Virus record (IMG/VR): IMGVR_UViG_3300011334_000219
Span: 1-29,153 of that record
DNA length: 29,153 nt
Direction: 5' to 3' (one strand)
DNA from: a virus
Lineage: Duplodnaviria; Caudoviricetes
The notes beneath the pieces are model-generated. The model was given only the letters and a program-made list of their open reading frames with translations. It was not told where the DNA came from and made no database searches. Made by a program: the position numbers and the translations under genes. Of the stretch, positions 25,483 through 29,153 are shown piece by piece (the stretch's first letter is position 1; every line of letters starts with the position of its first letter).

Positions 25483-25873
25483 TTGTCAGTGTCCTTTCAC
25501 ACGTTTTGCAGACTTCGCCTTCCGTCCGCCTAAACAAGCGGCAGCGTGGGCATTTGTCGCCGGAGGCAGGGAACCACATCGCAGCAACGCGGGGCAGTTC
25601 CAGATCGTCCCGCTCGGCTTCATGCGCTGCAGGTGGAAACTTGTCGCCCATCACGATGCACACGCCTTCAATGGCGCTAGTCTTGCACATTGCGGCCATG
25701 TCGGAATTGCGAGCGAACAGCCCTGCCGTTGTCGGATCGTCGGTGTATAGCATGATGCTGCTATCCTCTTGCTCCGTCACACGCCCCATGCGGCGTTGTT
25801 CTTCACCGGCCAACAGCGCGGCGCGTCTGGCTAAGCGCATGACTGCGCCCCATTCGCGGATATTTTCGGTCAT
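25475..25873 (-). CDS. Stand-alone protein resembling the IleRS C-terminal region with an FPG/IleRS-type Zn finger (132 aa)
   Basis: ASGDKCPRC-x10-CKTC plus upstream W, E.QRR.GR and DMAAMCKTS patterns; GAGGA RBS. Confidence 0.65.
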   Translation of the reverse strand: MTENIREWGAVMRLARRAALLAGEEQRRMGRVTEQEDSSIMLYTDDPTTAGLFARNSDMAAMCKTSAIEGVCIVMGDKFPPAAHEAERDDLELPRVAAMWFPASGDKCPRCRLFRRTEGEVCKTCERTLTND

Positions 25874-26061
25874 TTCTTTTCCTCAATCCAAAAGTGGTGC
25901 ATCATGTAATGCGTGGCGGTTTCATCTGTCACCCTGTCGCCTATCCCGCCGCTTGCGGTGGTTAGGTGGTTGGCGAAAGTGTTGGGGTCTTTAGCTGACC
26001 GCACCGCAGGGGTGCGTGTCAGTTTCATATATCCGTTCTGGTCTGTCATGGTCACATCCAT
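25870..26061 (-). CDS. Hypothetical protein (true start may be 26055 or 26049)
   Basis: ORF track; ATGA coupling to the downstream gene. Confidence 0.55.
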   Translation of the reverse strand: MDVTMTDQNGYMKLTRTPAVRSAKDPNTFANHLTTASGGIGDRVTDETATHYMMHHFWIEEKK

Positions 26062-26237
26062 CTAGTTATAAAGGTTATGCCGCCCGCAGTGCGGCATTTA
26101 AACGCCTTACCGTGGCGTATGCCGTATTGCGACACGTTGCGGCTGGTGCGCTTGGCATCGCCTTTGTTGGCGGCTGGCATAGTGCCAACATCGCCGACTT
26201 CTAGCGTCCCCATAGGGTAAAACATCGGTCGGCTCAC
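26052..26237 (-). CDS. Small basic protein, possibly nucleic-acid binding (61 aa)
   Basis: YPMGTLEVGD...GKAFKCR...ITR pattern seen in small phage proteins; GTGA coupling; GGAG RBS. Confidence 0.6.
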   Translation of the reverse strand: MSRPMFYPMGTLEVGDVGTMPAANKGDAKRTSRNVSQYGIRHGKAFKCRTAGGITFITRWM

Positions 26238-26437
26238 TCGCCCTGCTCCCGTGCTTCAAGCATGGCATCGGCAAATTCGTATGCCCAATTAGCAATGTCA
26301 ATTAGGGCACCGTCATCGTCAACGGGGCCGGCTATGTGGCCGTTTAGTATCTGTCCCGCGAAGTAATCGCGCAGGGTTATGTCACCGTCAATCTGTTTGC
26401 TTATGCGTGCGAGATGTTCTTGTGCTGAATTGCTCAT
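26234..26437 (-). CDS. Small phage protein with the TLRDYFA motif (67 aa)
   Basis: ITLRDYFAGQ...AYEFADAMLEAR; AAGGAG RBS. Confidence 0.8.
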   Translation of the reverse strand: MSNSAQEHLARISKQIDGDITLRDYFAGQILNGHIAGPVDDDGALIDIANWAYEFADAMLEAREQGE

Positions 26438-26565
26438 TTGTTCTGCTCCTTTTCCTTGTGTCGTTCTGCGAATGTTTTACCATCTAGGCCGCGCAGCGGC
26501 CATGCGTTTTCGGACGATACGCGATATTTGCGCCCTAATGGGGCGGCTTGGGGTGTCTTAATCAT
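26434..26565 (-). CDS. Small hypothetical protein (43 aa), not in the ORF track
   Basis: MIKTPQAAPLGRKYRVSSENAWPLRGLDGKTFAERHKEKEQNK*; GGAG upstream; fills the gap exactly with ATGA coupling. Confidence 0.6.
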   Translation of the reverse strand: MIKTPQAAPLGRKYRVSSENAWPLRGLDGKTFAERHKEKEQNK

Positions 26566-26566
26566 A

Positions 26567-26905
26567 TTATAACTCCACTGTTGTCTTAGGTTTGGCGCGC
26601 TTGTCGTTTAGTCGTTCAAGCCAGTATTTTTGGTCGGGCCCAAATGACCGTGCTGCGTGATATTTGAACAGCGCAACAGCCAACGGATCGTAACCCTTCC
26701 ACTTATGCGTCACGATCAGCGGCGAGGGCATCATGGGCGCATGGTCAGTGCTATAGAAGCGCCGCCGGTCATTTGCCGTGACTTCGATAATGTCCAGCGT
26801 GCTAAGGTTTAGGCCATGCTCGTTGTTAACATAGGCGGCAATCGCGCTTCTGTCGCTGATGTAGCTAGCTAGATGCTGGATTTGCTTGCGTAGGGCGTAT
26901 TCCAT
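26567..26905 (-). CDS. Hypothetical protein (112 aa)
   Basis: Start at MEYALRK by TAATG coupling; ORF-track extension to 27040 overlaps another gene. Confidence 0.65.
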   Translation of the reverse strand: MEYALRKQIQHLASYISDRSAIAAYVNNEHGLNLSTLDIIEVTANDRRRFYSTDHAPMMPSPLIVTHKWKGYDPLAVALFKYHAARSFGPDQKYWLERLNDKRAKPKTTVEL

Positions 26906-27105
26906 TAGCTTTCGCCTTTCTTGTGATAGCGTCCCGTGCGCTTGTCGCGTATGAGCGCGTTTTGCTTCCAATACAGCAACTCTTTTGTGTCGCGCACCCA
27001 TGCGTTGCGAAACCAACTGTATTGCCTGTGCGTGTCCCATAGGATAGCCAGCGTTGCGGCTTGTGCGGCTAACAAAACCGCGATTGTGAAATATTCGGGT
27101 GCCAT
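26905..27105 (-). CDS. Small protein with an N-terminal hydrophobic helix and basic tail (66 aa)
   Basis: FTIAVLLAAQAATLAILW; RDKRTGRY tail. Confidence 0.65.
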   Translation of the reverse strand: MAPEYFTIAVLLAAQAATLAILWDTHRQYSWFRNAWVRDTKELLYWKQNALIRDKRTGRYHKKGES

Positions 27106-27107
27106 AG

Positions 27108-27167
27108 TTAATCGTCCAATATTAGAGTTAATAGGAAAAGGGCTGCTGCACCGACAACGGCTATCAT
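27108..27167 (-). CDS. Candidate hydrophobic micropeptide (19 aa)
   Basis: MIAVVGAAALFLLTLILDD*; ATGA coupling; fills the gap between neighbours. Confidence 0.45.
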   Translation of the reverse strand: MIAVVGAAALFLLTLILDD

Positions 27168-27418
27168 TGGGCGTCCAACTGCGCTTGCATAACTTCTATT
27201 TCGTCCAACGATCTAAGTGCTTGATCCATACAACTGGTGAGCCGTAAATTTAGGTCTTCTATTTCGTTCTTGGCTTCGTCTAGCTGCGCTTCAACGGTCA
27301 ACAGTTCGCTAAGGCGTTCTGCTAACACAACAGCCAGTTCGTGATTGCGATCTAATGCAGTGCGAACAAGTTCTGCGTCTGACAGCATACTAAGATAGGT
27401 TCGTCCGTGGTTTGTCAT
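27164..27418 (-). CDS. Coiled-coil hypothetical protein (84 aa)
   Basis: Start at MTNHGRTYL after GGAGG; LSDAELVR...LAVVLAERL then heptad pattern. Confidence 0.7.
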   Translation of the reverse strand: MTNHGRTYLSMLSDAELVRTALDRNHELAVVLAERLSELLTVEAQLDEAKNEIEDLNLRLTSCMDQALRSLDEIEVMQAQLDAQ

Positions 27419-27419
27419 A

Positions 27420-27656
27420 TCATTCGCCCTCCAAGCCAAGCAGGCCAATGACTTCATATAGTTCGGCACATTCCATGCCGCTTGCCACGCATACGTTCAC
27501 AAGGCCGCGCAGGGACGGTTCAAGCATATCCAGCGCATGAAGATTTTCTACGCTATCGTCGTATAGCTTGCCGTCATTGTTGACGGCGTTGCCCATCAGC
27601 ACATCGTCGCGGTTTTCGAGTAGCTCGCGCACTGTGCGGAATATGTCGTTAGTCAT
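27420..27656 (-). CDS. Hypothetical protein (78 aa)
   Basis: ORF track; AAGGA RBS; tight packing. Confidence 0.65.
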   Translation of the reverse strand: MTNDIFRTVRELLENRDDVLMGNAVNNDGKLYDDSVENLHALDMLEPSLRGLVNVCVASGMECAELYEVIGLLGLEGE

Positions 27657-27659
27657 TTC

Positions 27660-27749
27660 TCAGTTTCCTTTTAATGTGATGATAATTGATGTGATCGATA
27701 GCAACAGCACGGCGGCAAAGCCGGCTGTTGCGATTATGTGCGCGATCAT
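27660..27749 (-). CDS. Candidate single-TM micropeptide (29 aa)
   Basis: MIAHIIATAGFAAVLLLSITSIIITLKGN*; ATGA coupling to the upstream gene. Confidence 0.55.
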   Translation of the reverse strand: MIAHIIATAGFAAVLLLSITSIIITLKGN

Positions 27750-28012
27750 GCGTTGGTGCTTTCCACAGGCGCGTAATGGTCGCGCAGCGCGTCCCAATCG
27801 ACACTGTTAAGGTCAAGCATGTCGTAAATGAAACCGGCGGCATAATCACGCCCTAACAGTTCCTCGACATGTTCCTCGACCATATCGCGCAGATATTCGG
27901 GAGAAAAGTCAAAGCCATCTTCTGCTAATTCTGCCCAATGGTCACCAAACCAAAGGCTTACTGTCCATGTGGCGGCATTGCGCCAGCCGTTGCAAGTTGT
28001 TTCGGTAGTCAT
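27746..28012 (-). CDS. Acidic early phage protein with the NGW.N..TW.V.LW motif (88 aa)
   Basis: CNGWRNAATWTVSLW...VDWDALRDH; AGGAG RBS. Confidence 0.8.
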   Translation of the reverse strand: MTTETTCNGWRNAATWTVSLWFGDHWAELAEDGFDFSPEYLRDMVEEHVEELLGRDYAAGFIYDMLDLNSVDWDALRDHYAPVESTNA

Positions 28013-28037
28013 AGTTTCTCACTCCTATTGATTATGG

Positions 28038-28259
28038 TTATGCGTCATGCTTTGCTTTGTTGATTATGCGAGCTAGTTCTTGGCGGCCTGTCATAAACAG
28101 AAAGCTAATGCCCTCATCGACCGTAGCAAAATCTAACAGGCGGTTGCTTTCGTCGGGGCCATTGACGATTAGGCGGCCTTGCGTGTTTGTCCAAATATGC
28201 CAGCCGTTAGCGTCAATGCAGATTTTAGAGCCGCTAGAATTGATTTTATAATAGTTCAT
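28038..28259 (-). CDS. Hypothetical early protein (73 aa)
   Basis: ORF track; preceded by the repeated RBS element. Confidence 0.75.
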   Translation of the reverse strand: MNYYKINSSGSKICIDANGWHIWTNTQGRLIVNGPDESNRLLDFATVDEGISFLFMTGRQELARIINKAKHDA

Positions 28260-28288
28260 GGTTTCTCACTCCTATTGATTGGTTGGTG

Positions 28289-28471
28289 TTATGCGTCTAA
28301 ATCAATCAGACGCTGTAATGATTTGGTCAGTTCGCTGGCCCGTGCCATGCTGTCGCTGTCACCGTCGATAAGAAATGCCGTTATCTTTTCGGAAAGCTCA
28401 ATCACAGTGTCGCGATAAGTTAAACCCTCGCCGCGCAAGAAATCGAAAATAGTGTCAGTATCATGTGTCAT
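28289..28471 (-). CDS. Hypothetical early protein (60 aa)
   Basis: ORF track; preceded by the repeated RBS element. Confidence 0.75.
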   Translation of the reverse strand: MTHDTDTIFDFLRGEGLTYRDTVIELSEKITAFLIDGDSDSMARASELTKSLQRLIDLDA

Positions 28472-28492
28472 GGTGTCTCACTCCTATGTTGT

Positions 28493-28512
28493 GGGCGGCG
28501 CTAAGGCCGCCC
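28493..28512. other. GC-rich intergenic hairpin without a U-tract (stabiliser or processing site)
   Basis: GGGCGGC-GCTAAG-GCCGCCC. Confidence 0.45.
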
Positions 28513-28520
28513 GATTAATG

Positions 28521-28715
28521 TTAAGCCGTCAATTCTTCCCATGAGGGCAATTCCCAATGGTCAGACAGTTTCAATTTGCCGTCTGGACCAATAACAAGCA
28601 GCGGGCTTTCGTCGCCGCGCGTTGGATGTTCGTAAAACTTATGTCCGGCGACTGCGCCCATGAGATAAGGCTTAGTGGCTAAGAACGTTTGGGCTTTGTC
28701 AGATAGTGTAGGCAT
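28521..28715 (-). CDS. First early-operon protein (64 aa)
   Basis: Start at MPTLSDK after GGAGTG; FYEHPTRGDESPL motif. Confidence 0.7.
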   Translation of the reverse strand: MPTLSDKAQTFLATKPYLMGAVAGHKFYEHPTRGDESPLLVIGPDGKLKLSDHWELPSWEELTA

Positions 28716-28741
28716 AGCAGGCACTCCGTTGTTGATACCCT

Positions 28742-28770
28742 CTTATCTACCCTCAAACATAGCCTGTCAA
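28742..28770 (-). promoter_or_regulatory. Putative early promoter
   Basis: Perfect TTGACA (28770-28765) on the minus strand; -10 uncertain (TAGATAAG region). Confidence 0.45.
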
Positions 28771-28820
28771 CAACAAATTGTGTTGCAGCGAAAATAAATC
28801 GTAAAAAGTGAAAATAAACC

Positions 28821-28829
28821 TGTGGATAA
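28821..28829 (-). promoter_or_regulatory. Consensus DnaA box
   Basis: TGTGGATAA on + equals TTATCCACA on -; beside an A-rich tract. Confidence 0.4.
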
Positions 28830-28860
28830 CTTATTTTGCCGCTTGGCGAAAATAGTCATG

Positions 28861-29134
28861 AGTTAGGCTATTGTGGCGGGTGAAATAGCCTAACTTTTTT
28901 GGCTTGATTGCGCGGGTTTGAAGGGGAGTTAGGCTATCTAGGCTATTTGTTTTATAGTCATTGATGAAATGAAAAATGTTATATAGAATATAACCATATA
29001 GGTTTCTCACAATTCGCGGTGACTTCAAACCCGATGACAATATAGCCTAGAACGCCTAACTTGCCCTCTAACTTTACGTTAACGTAACTCGGTTCATCGG
29101 CAACTTGTTATGTCATAGCCTAGATCGCCTAACT
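28861..29134. repeat. Iteron-like direct and inverted (TA)GCCTA repeats around an AT-rich core
   Basis: 12-bp inverted repeat 28861-28872/28884-28895; 20-mer at 28927-28946 inverted at 29042-29061 and 29115-29134. Confidence 0.75.
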
Positions 29135-29153
29135 AATAACCGTTCGCAATAAG

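Larger units (their letters stand above)
28014..28488 (-). repeat. Repeated start-associated sequence AATCAATAGGAGTGAGAAAC
   Basis: Exact 20-mer at 28014-28033 and 28261-28280; partial copy at 28475-28488; each directly before a start codon. Confidence 0.85.

Noticed and set aside
25506-25994. 162-aa + strand ORF downstream of the 25200 promoter
   Set aside because: It lies beyond a strong terminator, lacks an RBS and is antisense to well-packed minus-strand genes
28831-29040. 69-aa minus-strand ORF in the repeat region
   Set aside because: No RBS; it runs through the repeats and AT-rich core, which are better explained as cis-acting DNA
28861-29134. Repeats as a mini CRISPR array
   Set aside because: Repeats are short, in both orientations and irregularly spaced

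Overview
This window is a ~29 kb piece of a tailed dsDNA phage genome. The + strand carries a P22/APSE-type podovirus morphogenesis module (scaffold, P22-like coat, decoration proteins, gp4- and gp10-like tail proteins, three ejection proteins), a lysis cassette (M15 endolysin, holin, overlapping spanins) and a metallophosphoesterase. A divergent promoter pair separates a leftward VRR-NUC/SNF2 operon from a rightward replication operon (Cas4-like nuclease, SSB-like protein, family A DNA polymerase, primase-helicase). A leftward operon of small early genes and a repeat-rich non-coding end follow. No terminase, portal, integrase, repressor, tRNA or CRISPR array is visible. An alphaproteobacterial host is inferred, not shown. 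The three best leads are: (1) a ~67-nt candidate sRNA with its own promoter and terminator, whose loop is complementary to the translation-initiation regions of many early and replication genes; (2) a stand-alone protein resembling the IleRS C-terminal anticodon-contacting zinc domain, with Arg in place of the usual Trp; (3) an apparently overprinted membrane-protein gene inside the Cas4-like nuclease. All family assignments come from motifs recognised by eye; no database searches were run.
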